Positions 1-11,475 of a stretch of DNA of 64,000 nt are shown here, piece after piece (the stretch's first letter is position 1; every line of letters begins with the position of its first letter). Origin of the DNA: Curvularia clavata (taxonomy: Eukaryota); contig CP089274.1 in the NCBI GenBank assembly GCA_023920165.1, forward strand, positions 558,001 through 622,000. Direction: 5' to 3'. The notes beneath the pieces were generated by a model that was not told where the DNA came from, made no database searches, and saw nothing but the letters and a program-made list of their open reading frames with translations. A program made the translations under genes and the position numbers.

Positions 1-862
1 AAGTGTAGAAAGATCGTCTACAACGGTGCCATCCGGAAGAACAGCCTCAAGACCCAGTACATTTCCGTGGAAACTACCATAGCGTAACAAACGAAGACCA
101 CCAGCGTTGGTTGCTACATTACCGCCGATATAGCATGAACCCTTAGCACCTAGATCCAATGGAAAGATGTGGTTCTTCTCGGCAAGGAAGTTATCCGCAT
201 TCTCCAGAATGACACCAGCATCAGCAACCAGGATACCGGATACTTCATCGAAAGACCTGATTTGGTTCATTTTCTGCATGTTGATAACAATCTCATCGAA
301 AACCGGGACGGAGCCACCAACAAGGCCCGTGTTACCACCCTGTGGCACTACAGCGAGCATGTTGTCATTGCAGTATTTGAGAATCTTGCTGACCTCTTCG
401 GTAGAGCTGGGCTTTAGGACTAGTTTGGTGTGGCCACGGAACTTGCGCATCCAATCACTGTTGAAAGGTTCGATATCTTGCGATGCGTCTTTTGAAACAC
501 CATCGATGACAGCCGACTCCGAACCCAGCAAATCTTGAAAATATTTGACATGCTCTTCGGTGACTTGGCTGAATTTCGAGTCACGCTTGAGGTGAGGATA
601 CCTGCCCAGCTTAGCGAAGTGTGAAAGCCTGTGCAAAGTCGAAAGCTTACGACTCCGAGGTGAATTTGATTGTTTTTGAAGACGCGGTTGGGCCCTTCAC
701 GCCACCCTGCTCATCAGGCTGGTGAGGCTCCGAAGTCGCAGACGAGGTACCGGTCCAGCGAACTTGACTTGATGGTCTCAGACATTGGTAGCGCAATGAT
801 GCACGGGAGGTAAGTGCACTTCGCCGCAGCGACGACGATACTAAGCGCGCCGAAGATGCCAT
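1..862 (-). CDS. DLD2: Mitochondrial FAD-linked D-lactate/D-2-hydroxyglutarate dehydrogenase (5' part; runs off the window start)
   Basis: ATG at 862 gives an Arg/Ser-rich presequence (MASSARLVSSSLRRS). GT-AG intron at 650-602. Exon 2 reads LAVVPQGGNTGLVGGSVPVFDEIV...PLDLGAKGSCYIGGNVATNAGGLRLLRYGSFHGNVLGLEAVLPDG, typical of the FAD-binding-4 DLD2/D2HGDH family. Confidence 0.9.
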
Positions 863-1001
863 TGCAATTAGTGTAGAAGAAAATGTGAATGATTCAAAAG
901 TTGCCTCAGTAATACCGACAAGGATGACATAAGTGGAAAAATGACGCACGGACCCCAATCCTTGGCGGTGGTTAGGCGGGAGCATCAACGCGGCCAGCTC
1001 T

Positions 1002-1009
1002 GGAGCTCC
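1002..1009. promoter_or_regulatory. GGAGCTCC palindrome (GGAGCT on both strands), candidate Rpn4-type proteasome element in the DLD2/PRE6 bidirectional promoter
   Basis: Seen about 120 bp upstream of the PRE6 ATG. GGAGCT is the motif associated with proteasome genes in filamentous ascomycetes (recalled knowledge). A short motif, so it could be chance. Confidence 0.45.
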
Positions 1010-1128
1010 CGCGATCAGCTTGTCGCCTGTAACAACTTCCCCACCCCGCCTTCTCACTGCTGTGCCTCCTTGTCGTATTTTCGGGATATAAAAGGAAACT
1101 TATATCACAGCAAACAAATTCTCTCACA

Positions 1129-2103
1129 ATGGCGTCCGGCTACGATCGAGCTCTCTCCGGTATGAGCATATACCGACTACAGTTGGTGGTTTAGCTAACC
1201 GTGCCAGTCTTCAGTCCTGACGGTCACGTCTTCCAGGTCGAGTATGCCTTGGAAGCCGTCAAGCGAGGTGAGGCGTTGCTGGAATCTAGTTTGTAAAATC
1301 TGTCACTAATTCGCCTCCAGGAACATGTGCTGTCGGTGTCAAGGGCGCAGACATAGTAGTGCTCGGATGTGAAAAGCGATCAGCAATGAAGCTGCAAGAT
1401 ACCCGGATTACACCCTCGAAGATCTGCCTTGTCGATACCCACGTCGCTCTTGCCTTTGCCGGTCTCAACGCCGATGCCCGCATTCTGGTGGACAAGGCCC
1501 GCCTCGAAGCGCAATCACATCGTCTCACAGTCGAGGACCCCGTATCGATAGAGTACATCACAAAGTACGTTGCCGGTGTACAGCAGAGATACACGCAAAG
1601 TGGTGGTGTCCGCCCGTTCGGCATCAGCACACTCATCGTCGGTTTCGATCCTAATGACAAGACCCCGCGCCTGTACCAGACAGAGCCCTCTGGTATCTAC
1701 TCAGCATGGTATGTAATTTGACTCTGCGTGTCTGCCTACTTGTGCTAAAGACTACGATAGGAAAGCAAACGCGATTGGTCGATCAAGTAAAACAGTGCGC
1801 GAGTTCCTCGAACGCAACCACAAGGAGGGCATGGACCGGGAGGAGACGATCAAGCTGACAGTCAAGTCACTGTTGGAGGTTGTGCAGACGGGAGCGAAGA
1901 ACATTGAGATTGCCATCATGGCGCCTGGCAAGCCGATTGAGATGCTGCCTGTGGAGGACATTGAGAAGTACGTGGACAACATCAACACGGAGAAGCAAGA
2001 GGAGGCAGCGAGCCGGAGGCCCGGAAGGCAACCAGGCACAGGACAGGCCGCCATCCTGACACGCCAGACCCCAGGCGAGGGCTCGGGAGCTGGTGGTGCG
2101 TAA
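1129..2103 (+). CDS. PRE6: 20S proteasome subunit alpha-4 (alpha type 7)
   Basis: Spliced product [39 protein letters not shown]...[16 protein letters not shown]...[18 protein letters not shown]. Introns at 1160-1207, 1268-1320 and 1709-1760, all GT-AG and frame-preserving. Confidence 0.96.
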
Positions 2104-2366
2104 AGAGGCAGATAATGAATGATGGCGACAAAAGTCACGAACAGCAATGAACAGCATTGAAGTCATAGAGGGTTAGACTTGATGGAGCTGTCTAGTACAG
2201 ATTACGACCGGCTAGTGCTCATGAAGGGCATATCTAGCATATGACCATGTGTGTTTGCTGGACCAGTCCCTCGCTCGTTGCGTGATGTTCTCTGTGGTGT
2301 GGTGGTGCTGGATGCGCACTACAGCAGCCTGTGCTACCCGTGATGTTGTTTACGTCTGGTGTCTGT

Positions 2367-2976
2367 TCAACCTAGTTTGTACGATGCTTCCTTGACGTCG
2401 AAGATGGTCGGTAGTTGTTCGCTCCGGACACGCTCGTCCTTGAGCATTCTACACAGTGGGGTTAGACAAAATCCATGAGCTCAGTGGATACGGTTGCCAC
2501 ATACCTCGAGTCCTTGCGAACGTCTTCGCCCTCTACCTGCAGCGACGCCTTGGGAGTCTTGGCCTCGAGGACGAAGTGGTTATCGCAGTGGGGGCAGTAC
2601 TCGTCGCTGCACCTCGTTAGTCCTTGTGTGCCGCTGGAGCGCTTCTCTGCAGGACTCACGCATCCTCAAACTCGCGCGCGTCTTTGCGAAAGGCTTTCTT
2701 GCACTTTTTGCATATAAAAGTCATGTCAAACGTCTGCATGAGCGGGTGATTGGTCTGCTCCTCATGGCATTGGGCGCAGTCGAACCATTTTTTGCCTGCG
2801 CACTTTCCGTCAGCAAAGGCGCCTCCATGTTGGTATTTGCTTGTTTCCTGGGCAAAGGGCCGACATACAGCAGGGCGAGCGGATGGAGACCTGGGCGTTG
2901 AGAACGTGTTTGCTGCATGGATAGGGTCAGCGGGCGGACTGCGGAGGTGGTTGCGGAGAGGGGCGCGTTACCACAT
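2367..2976 (-). CDS. Small CHY-type zinc-finger protein (multi-exon; missed by the ORF track)
   Basis: CACCATGTG|GTAACG start. Spliced product reads MCKHVLNAQVSIRSPCC..KWFDCAQCHEEQTNHPL...CKKCKKAFRKD...DEYCPHCDNHFVLEAKTP...YKLG*. The Cys/His spacing fits a zf-CHY domain. Intron boundaries are approximate. Confidence 0.8.
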
Positions 2977-3642
2977 GGTGGCGGTGGGAGTGTCGAGCAA
3001 GCAAAGTCGGTATTGTGCGTTTTGGAATGGTACCAGTGCAGAACGGCGTCGAGGAACGGGCGCAGGGTGTAGGCAGTGCTAGTCTGGCGGATAGTCGGGT
3101 TGTCTACTGTAATTCGCCGGGTGCCTGATGATCGCCTGGGCGGCGGCGGTGGTGTGCATGTGCAGGGTAGGGTAGTAAGCTGTGGAGCATGACATTACGA
3201 GGCCAGAGACACGACGACACCGCCTCATCAGCCCTTGGTTGGTGCTTGGTGCTGCCCATGCCCGACCCAGAATTGCCATGAGGACATGGCCTGCACTCCT
3301 GACGCCAACACTTGACTGCACGCTGCGCTGCTGAAACAATCTCACACCCCCCGGCCCGCGCCCATCCTCTTCCTTGTCGCCGAAAGACAGAGTACGCGTC
3401 TCCACTAGGGAGCCCTACAACCAGGTCATCCTTTGGGCTTCGACACTGCCTGCAACCTGCGTCTCTCGCCTGTACTCCGAACCCTCGTCCTCTGTGCTGG
3501 TACCTGCGCCTGTGCCTGCATGACCGCCACCAGCGCCAAATGGGAAGCACATCTCCGTCGTTAATGAGCAACTACAGTATACCCTCTGGTGCCGGCTGAC
3601 GACAAAGTCCCCCACCAACCAACCAACCCACAACATTCCGCC

Positions 3643-6600
3643 ATGGACAATCCCCCAGAAGAAAACACAGACGGCTCGTCGATTGTAAGGCTGTCGCCCC
3701 TCGCCAGACAAGACAAGACGACACAAGACAAAGCAAGAGCGCCTGCTGACACCCACCACAGAAGCCAGTCTCCTCCCTCCGCGCCCAATTCGAGAATCTG
3801 CTTAGTACCAACAAGTCGCCTGCGCCGCCAGCTCCGCGTCAACGCTCTCCCGGTGCTACCGATCGCCTTCCTGCGCCAGACGACCATGGAAGGTCCGACA
3901 GGCGCATATCTCTCGACATACCCCGCGAGCATGTTGCCAGCAACTCGCTCAGCGTAGCCGACTACAGCGGATCGGGCTCGGTGACGCCACGATCCAATAC
4001 ACTCGGGCGCATGCCATGGAACAGCAATGGGAAGCCACGACCGACGTCCATGATGGCCTTCTCCCCGCCCAGGTCCCCCACGAGGTCACCACCAAAAGTC
4101 ACTGTAGATTCCCCAAAATCCCCGCCCAAGTCAGAAGGCGGGGCGCATATTTACGCGCCACAGCCTTCGCGAACAACGTCCCATGCTGCTTTGGATTCGT
4201 CTTCTCAGATGGCGCCATCTCCCAGTCCAAACCGCCTCAACGACCCGCACAAGAGTGACCGCCCGGTATCGTCTGCGCCCCCGGTGCCTCCGCCAGTGAA
4301 CCGGGCGGGCAAACCCAAGATAGCCCCAAAGTCACACTCGGTAGACGCAGCAAACCGCGCAAGTCTAGCACCAGAGGCCGCGCCGGATAATGTGGACCTA
4401 TCCCCCTTCAGCACGCCCCCCAGTAGTAGCGGGGAGAGTACGAAAGGTGACCCATCGCCAGCCATCCCAGGTTTTTCGAAACCCAAGGCAAATTCGACAA
4501 ATAATGGATATTTCCCGCCTCCTCCTGTTCATCCTGCTGTCGCCGAAAAGCTATCAGCCATGGAATCTCGGCAACCAGCAATGCAATCAAGGAAGAAGGC
4601 TGCGCCACCGCCATTACCAAGTGAAACGCCAGACGACCGTCCCTCGTTACCCGTTCGAAGAGAAAAGGATAACTTCGATTTGCGAAAGAGTGTACAACTG
4701 CAAAGAGCGGCGCCGCCAGAGCTGCCTGTTCGTCGCTCTCTTGACCAATCTCGCCCTGCTCACTTGGTCCAAGAGACAAATAACAAGTTCACGATACCCC
4801 CTCGGCGAACAAATACAACCGGTCACATGGCTAAGCAAACCGCGAAGCCATTGGAGCCTCCAAGACCACCACCTCCGCGGAATTCAGGAGAGATGAGGAG
4901 ATCTACCCAGGCCGCGCCCACCCAGGCTTCGCAGCTATCCCAGCCGCGTTACTACGACTCAGATGAAGAAGACACGGATCGAGAAAAGCAGCCGACCACT
5001 GCTCTGACAGAATACCCAGACTCTTCCCAGGCAAATCGGAGACCACCGGTGTTTCCAGATGGTACAACAGGAATTCCCACCGGCTACGAAACCAAACTCT
5101 TTGCCATTTGTGGCGACTACATATGTACTACAGGATACGTCACAAATGTATGGAACGTTCTCACCGGGCGGCTGCTCATGAGCCTGTCGCACGGCGACAC
5201 CACCAAAGCCACAGCACTGGCATTCAGGCCAGCCAAAGATGTCGAGGACGAGGGCAAGAGATTGTGGCTAGGAACCAACACGGGCGAAATGCATGAGATT
5301 GACATTCCTACTCAAAGTGTGGTGCACACTAAGAGCAATGCACATGCCAGGAGCGTTATTGTTAAGATCTTTCGATATGCCTCGGAGATGTGGTCTATCG
5401 ACGAGGATGGCGTTATACACATCTGGCCGGCCGATGACCTCGGGTGCCCGTCTTTACAGCAAACCCCGCATACATTCAGACTTCCTCGGAGCCACACCTT
5501 CTCCATCGTATCCGGATCGCAGCTTTGGGTGGCGTCAGCCAAGGATATCCGAGTCTACTCCCGTACCATGGACAATAACCATTTTGCTCAAGTAACTGAA
5601 GGGCCACTGTCACAGCTCAATGTTGGCGATGTAACTTCTGGCGCCATCATCAGCAGTCAGCCTGATCGCATTTATTTTGGACATGCTGACGGCAAAGTCA
5701 CAATATACTCCAAGAAGACTTTGGAATGCCTCGGCATCATCAATGTCAGCGTGTACAAGATCAGTTCATTGGTCGGCGTCGGCGATTTCCTGTGGGCCGG
5801 CTACAGTACGGGTATGATCTATGTGTATGACACGAGCAGCACTCCCTGGAAGGTCTTGAAAGATTGGAAGGCGCACGACAAGCCGATAGCGGGAATCGTG
5901 GCGGATCGTACAAGCATTTGGAAGCTCGATAGATTCCAAGTAGCATCGCTCGGAACGGATACGATGCTACGCATTTGGGACGGAATGATGAAAGAAGACT
6001 GGCTTGGTAAGTTCATGCACACTTGGCTGGATTGTATGCGCAGGACTAACCCAGTGTAGAAACACTGATGCAACAGCGTGATTCTGAGTACTGTGAATTC
6101 CGAGAACTCTCGGCCCGAGTCATGACCTGGAATGCCGGTGCGACCAAGCCGACCACAATCCGAAATACAGAAGAAGATCGGAACTTCTTCCGGGAGATAC
6201 TCGAGCCTGAAAATCCGCCTGATATTCTTGTCTTCGGTTTCCAGGAGCTGGTTGACTTGGAGGACAAGAAAATCACCGCTAAGAGCATCTTCAAGAGAAA
6301 GAAACATAAAGAAACGTCAGAGCACGAGCACATGTCCCATCAATACCGGGCATGGCGAGATCATCTTGTGCGAGTCTTGGATGAGCATAGCCCGAAGCAG
6401 AACTATGTACTCCTGCATACTGCGAATCTCGTCGGTCTTTTTACTTGCGTCTTTGTCAAAGAGTCGGAGCGGTCAAACATCCGCGACGTGTGTGCAGCAG
6501 AGATCAAACTTGGATTCAGTGGTCGTGTTGGAAACAAGGGCGCTCTTGTTGTGCGCTTCTTCATTGATGACTCTTCCTTGTGCTTCATTAACTGCCATCT

Positions 6601-7324
6601 AGCAGCAGGTCAGACGCAGACGGTACACCGCAACAATGACGCGGCTGCTATCATGGAAAACGCTCCTCTGCCAAAGAACCGCTCCCCGAGTGCCTGCGCA
6701 AACTTCTTCGTTGGGGGAGGTGACGGCTCCATGATTCTGGATCACGAAATTTGTATCCTAAATGGCGATCTCAACTATCGAATTGACGCCATGCCTCGCA
6801 GCTCAGTTGTTGCTGCTGTACAGCAAGGAAATCTGGCGAAGCTCCTGGAACGCGATCAGTTGCTCCTGTCACGGAAACGCAACCCTGGTTTCCGTCTCCG
6901 TGCGTTCACTGAGTCGCCTATCAATTTCGCTCCGACATACAAGTACGATCCAGGCACAGACAACTATGACACTTCTGAGAAACAGCGCTCACCAGCATGG
7001 TGTGATCGTCTCTTGTACCGCGGTCTTGGTAGAATCAAGCAGTTGGAGTACCGACGACATGACAGCATCAAAGTATCAGACCACCGGCCTGTCAGTGGAA
7101 GATTCAAACTCCGCGTAAAGACTATCAATTCGAAGAAACAGGATGCCACTAGAGACAAAGCTGAGGTGGAATTCGAAGCGGTGCGACGGCGGATAGCAGG
7201 AGATATCAAGTAAGTCCCAGCAAGGAGAGGTTCGAGTAGGCGCTGACATGTTAGGCTTGATTATCTGATCAATGTTTTCGGCTTATCCAGCAGGGAAGCG
7301 CAAAAGTTGCTCAAAGGGACATGA
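3643..7324 (+). CDS. Inositol polyphosphate 5-phosphatase with Pro-rich N-terminus and WD40-like central region
   Basis: Catalytic motifs TWN, GFQE, NCHLAAG, GDLNYRI, FAPTYKY, PAWCDRLLY and SDHRPV lie in ORF 6068-7213. ORF 3981-6059 is Pro-rich then beta-propeller-like. Introns at about 3685-3759, 6007-6059 and 7210-7254; last exon LDYLINVFGLSSREAQKLLKGT*. Confidence 0.9.
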
Positions 7325-7803
7325 GAGCACGCGCGCATGGTAAATTATCGCAGTATGAAGTTGGGGTTTCTATTGCCGTAGACCCGTAACATAGCGTGAC
7401 TATGTGCCTATAAATGGACAATGTAGTCATGACTTGGCAGGTGCACGGTTACCTGGCACGTCAGGGACACAAGCCACGGTTCACGGATGCACGATCGATC
7501 GTGATGGTTTGGCGGGATGGCGGGACACTAATGACGTTTTGACGAATGGGGTCGTGTAAAAAGCATTGCATTGAGAGGCGAATCTGGGTTTCGCATCTGA
7601 GCGACAAAAAGGCGCTTTCTTTTGGGTGATCGGTGCCCGCAATGATACGCACGACGAATCTAGAGCGCGCGTTGTCACGTAGAGGCATTTCACAATAGTG
7701 ACGTCAGATACGCGTATGTAGCAAATAAAGTATCAATAATGACGGTGAACAACCATCAAAAGCAACACGCTTCTTCATTCCCTCCTTCTTCATACCTTTA
7801 CTT

Positions 7804-8684
7804 ATGTCCGCAGCTTCAATTGCACTTCGTCGGTCACCCTTGCTCACGACCTCAAGTGCTCTTCCTCGTGCACGCCAACTAGTATCACATCTCACGCGAC
7901 AGCAGCGCCCATTCTCACAAACCACCTTTAAGATGGACAAAGACCAGAGCCGCGGCGAGGAAACCACTGGACTTTCAGAGTGGAAGCAGCGCCCTCCGTA
8001 CCGCATCCACGAGAAGAACGACGACTTTGACGTCAAGTACGAGGCCAACTGCCACTGCGGAAAAGTCAAGTACCAGCTGAGCCGACGAGAGCCTCTGGAC
8101 AGTAAGCTATGCCATTGCACTACGTGTCAGACGCAGCACGGTAAGCACCAGAACCCATAAACATCCTTGATGACAAGTCATCTAACGTTTTTTTTTTCTC
8201 TTCTCCTCCAGCCGCTCCCTTCCAATGGGCCGCCATCTTCCACAAAACCGACATCAACTTCACCCACGGCCACCACAACCTGGAATGGTACGACCCTACT
8301 GAAAAATCTGTCGAGCACAAGCTCCCTTGCAAAGTGCGTTGCTCCTACTGCCACTCGCCCATCATGGACGAAGGCCGCAACATGATTCTGCTCTTCCCTT
8401 CGCTTGTGCACCTCAAGACAGACGAAGACAAAGCCTATTTCAAGCCCCGCTGCCACATGTTTTACGGCCAGCGTGTTATGGATATCCCGGATGGACTGCC
8501 CAAGTGGAGCGGACTGAGTGGCGAGTCGGATCTAATTGAGGATAGTCCGCCGGATATGGTGAGGGAGGCGGAGAGGAAGAGAGAGGAGGATAGGAATAGG
8601 AAGTTGAAGGAGGGAAAGCCTGATGAGGTTACCAAGGAGGGCACGCAGGCGAGGAGTGAGGGGTCCGGGTCGAATACTAAGTAG
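7804..8684 (+). CDS. GFA/Mss4-like (CENP-V) zinc-binding protein
   Basis: CHCGKV..CHCTTC in exon 1, then intron 8141-8211, then AAPFQWAAIF...RCSYCHSPI...PRCHMFY...DGLPKW. Alternative in-frame ATG at 7933. Confidence 0.85.
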
Positions 8685-9096
8685 ATCAGGGGAAGAAGTT
8701 CAGAGCCTGGTACGGCAATGATGGAGGGCTTTGAAAGGGACCCGATCGTACTATTTGTACTGGAGTATGATGAAGACGATGAAAATATTTAAGGGCAATT
8801 ACGTAGTACTCGTAGAGATACCCGAATGATGATAGTAACGAAGAATATCATGTGTATCAAGCTTTTGTCAATAGCCACTGGCAGTACATTTGTGACTTGT
8901 GCTTGGATATCTGATCGATTAAGTCGGAGTAACATCTATATCACGCACTAAAAAAAATATATGATGCTACACTTTACTTGACTGGAAAATTCCGCCATAT
9001 CTGAATTTATGGGACTTTTTCTTGGCTAAAAATCTACCGCGCCCAAAATTGTTCTCTACTTCCTCTCCACAATTTCCAGTACACCTATCAGTACAC

Positions 9097-11089
9097 CTAT
9101 TTACTCTTGCCCGTCGGAATCTGGAACGCCACAACCGGCTCTCCATGCTTGAACGCGCGATCAATCCTGAAGAATCCCTTGCGGTCAAACTGCACAATGT
9201 CATCCACCTTGAGCTCCGCTACATTGCAATCCGCGAGCGCCTTGGTCCTCGTCTCCGTACTTGGGTTGAGGAAATCCTCGAGCGTATCTTCGGGCTCAAG
9301 CTTATCCTTCGTAATCAGGTAATCAAAGTCGACGAGCTCAATAGGGACCAGGTCCTGGTCTTTGCTGAGCCAGGTAACCTTTTTGGAGGTCTTCTTCACG
9401 TCACCCTGGAGGTGGAGTTCGAGCTCGAGGGCGGTGACGGTGCGGCTTTCGCTAGTGAGACCGGCTTTGGCCATGTCGAGGGGATTGAGGGAGTGAGTGA
9501 TTTTGCGGACGATGGCGTTGCCCCAGTTCATGAGGGTGATTTCTTCGTCTTGGGCAAAGGACTGCGCGTCGGCTTGCTCGAGGAGGATGGAGGAGCTGAA
9601 GACAATCTTCTTGTTGCCTAGATCGTACTTTGCGTGCTTTGGTCGGTCTTCGGAGACGACGCCCTCGCGCGCGCCGATGACGGTAACGGGGACACGGCCT
9701 GCATCATCGATAGCGGTGTAGCGGGCTGCGGTGGGCTCGATGTGCTTCTTGTTGGTGGCCCAGAAGGCGAACCAGTCCTGGTTGACAATGTTCTTGGATG
9801 GTCCTTGCTTGAGGATAAACTCGCGCAACGCAGGGATGACAGCACCCCGACGACGGACTCCACGAACAGTGGGCATGCGAGGGTCATCCCAGCCTCCGAC
9901 AATGCCAGCGTCAACAATCTTGGTGAGCTTGCGCTTCGACAGCACCGTCTTGACAAAGTTGAGGCGAGCAAATCCCCAGTTGTGCACCTTTCGGAGCTTG
10001 AGGTTCTTGATGAACCACTGGTACTGTGCGTCACGGTCGTTGTACTCGGTGGTACGGAGAGCGTGGGTTACGCCCTCGAGGGCATCCACAATGGGGCAGC
10101 AAAAGTCGTAGGTTGGGTAGATCTTCCACTTCTCTCCGGTGCGGTGGTGAGCCTGGGGGTTGCAACGGTAGATGACAGGGTCACGCATGGCCTTATTGGG
10201 GTCATCGACAGACATCTTTGCACGGATGCACCACTTCAAGCCCTCCTCGTTGCCCTTCTTCATTTCCTCAAAGCGCGCCAGGTTGTCCTCGACGCTCGAG
10301 TCACGGCGGGCGCTGGCAATGCCGTTCATACGCTCGTCGCGCATCTTCTCCTGGACTGTATCATCTGCGTATGCCAGTCCGTCTTTGATCGCCTGTACGC
10401 ACATCTCGTACAGCTGGTCGAACCAATCACTAGTGTAAGAGACAGAGTCCGGCTTGATACCGAGAAGCGCGCAATCTTCGACGATGGCATCCTGGAACTC
10501 CTGCTTTTCCTTGGTAGGGTTTGTGTCGTCGAATCGCAGCAGCAGCTTGCCCTTGTATTTCTCGTGCGCAAAGTAGTCGTTCAACAGCGCGGCCTTTGCA
10601 TGTCCAATGTGGAGATAACCTCTGCGAGATAATCGTTAGTTCCAAGCACCTCAATGATTGGCTGCGCAAGGAAACTCACGAAGGCTCAGGTGGAAACCTG
10701 GTGACAATTCCTGTACCGTCACCGACGTCCTGTAGACCAATGTCGTAGTTGGCGTCGTCGTTCTTGCCACCCTCCTTCTTTGCCTTGGCTCCGTCCTTGC
10801 CCTGTCCTCCACTAACAACAACCACGCTCTGTGGGTATGCCTCTTCAATGTAGCGGAACCAGCGGCAGAGACTCTTCATCAAGTCCTGTTTGACAAATGC
10901 GTGGGCCACGCGGTTCTCGCGGATCGTCTTCCATACTGTCGTGTCTGCATCGCTGAGGGTGTAACCGACAATGTGAGAGCGCAAAGTGAGATGCGCGTCC
11001 AGCTCGAGGAGATGGGGCTCAATCTGCTTGAGATTCAGTGGCTTAAGAGCCTCAGCACGCTTTTGCCATTCAGCAATAGCAGCATCCAT
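9097..11089 (-). CDS. GUS1: Cytosolic glutamyl-tRNA synthetase
   Basis: TRFPPEPS|GYLHIGHAKAALLN (HIGH motif across intron 10679-10622), LRFDDTNP, YPTYDFCCP, VLSKRKL (KMSKS equivalent), GWDDPRMPTVRG, and an N-terminal GST-like extension. Confidence 0.96.
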
Positions 11090-11475
11090 GGTGACCGTTT
11101 GTGATGTTACGTTGAATGAGTATGGAAAAAGTTGATGGGGATCAACGGTCAGTGAGGGGCAGGCGCTTATCTTATCGGTTACTTGAGTCAGACAACTAGT
11201 ACTCGATGGTTCACAGTACGTCACTCAAAGATGCACAATCACAAGTCTCGAAAGATGTTTTAGAAATACCCAAATACTCCTTAGTTATATTGTCACACCC
11301 TACCCATATCCTACAGAACGCCAGTGTCGTGCGAATCTTCTATCGCAGTCATCGCTAACATGCAAAAAACACCGTACGCTACATCATTAAAAGTCGTCAA
11401 GTAGTAAGTGCGAACAGAGAAATGAAGAGAAAGAAACACAAAACCATCGCAATTTTGTACACGTAGAAACATACT

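Noticed and set aside
3079..3957. Several overlapping 80-155 aa ORFs upstream of the 5-phosphatase
   Set aside because: GC-rich promoter/5' UTR and out-of-frame readings of the phosphatase's first exons and intron.
9022..10632. Long + strand ORFs (199 aa and 332 aa) opposite GUS1
   Set aside because: Antisense shadows of a codon-biased gene; they start at TTG/GTG and show no recognisable motifs.
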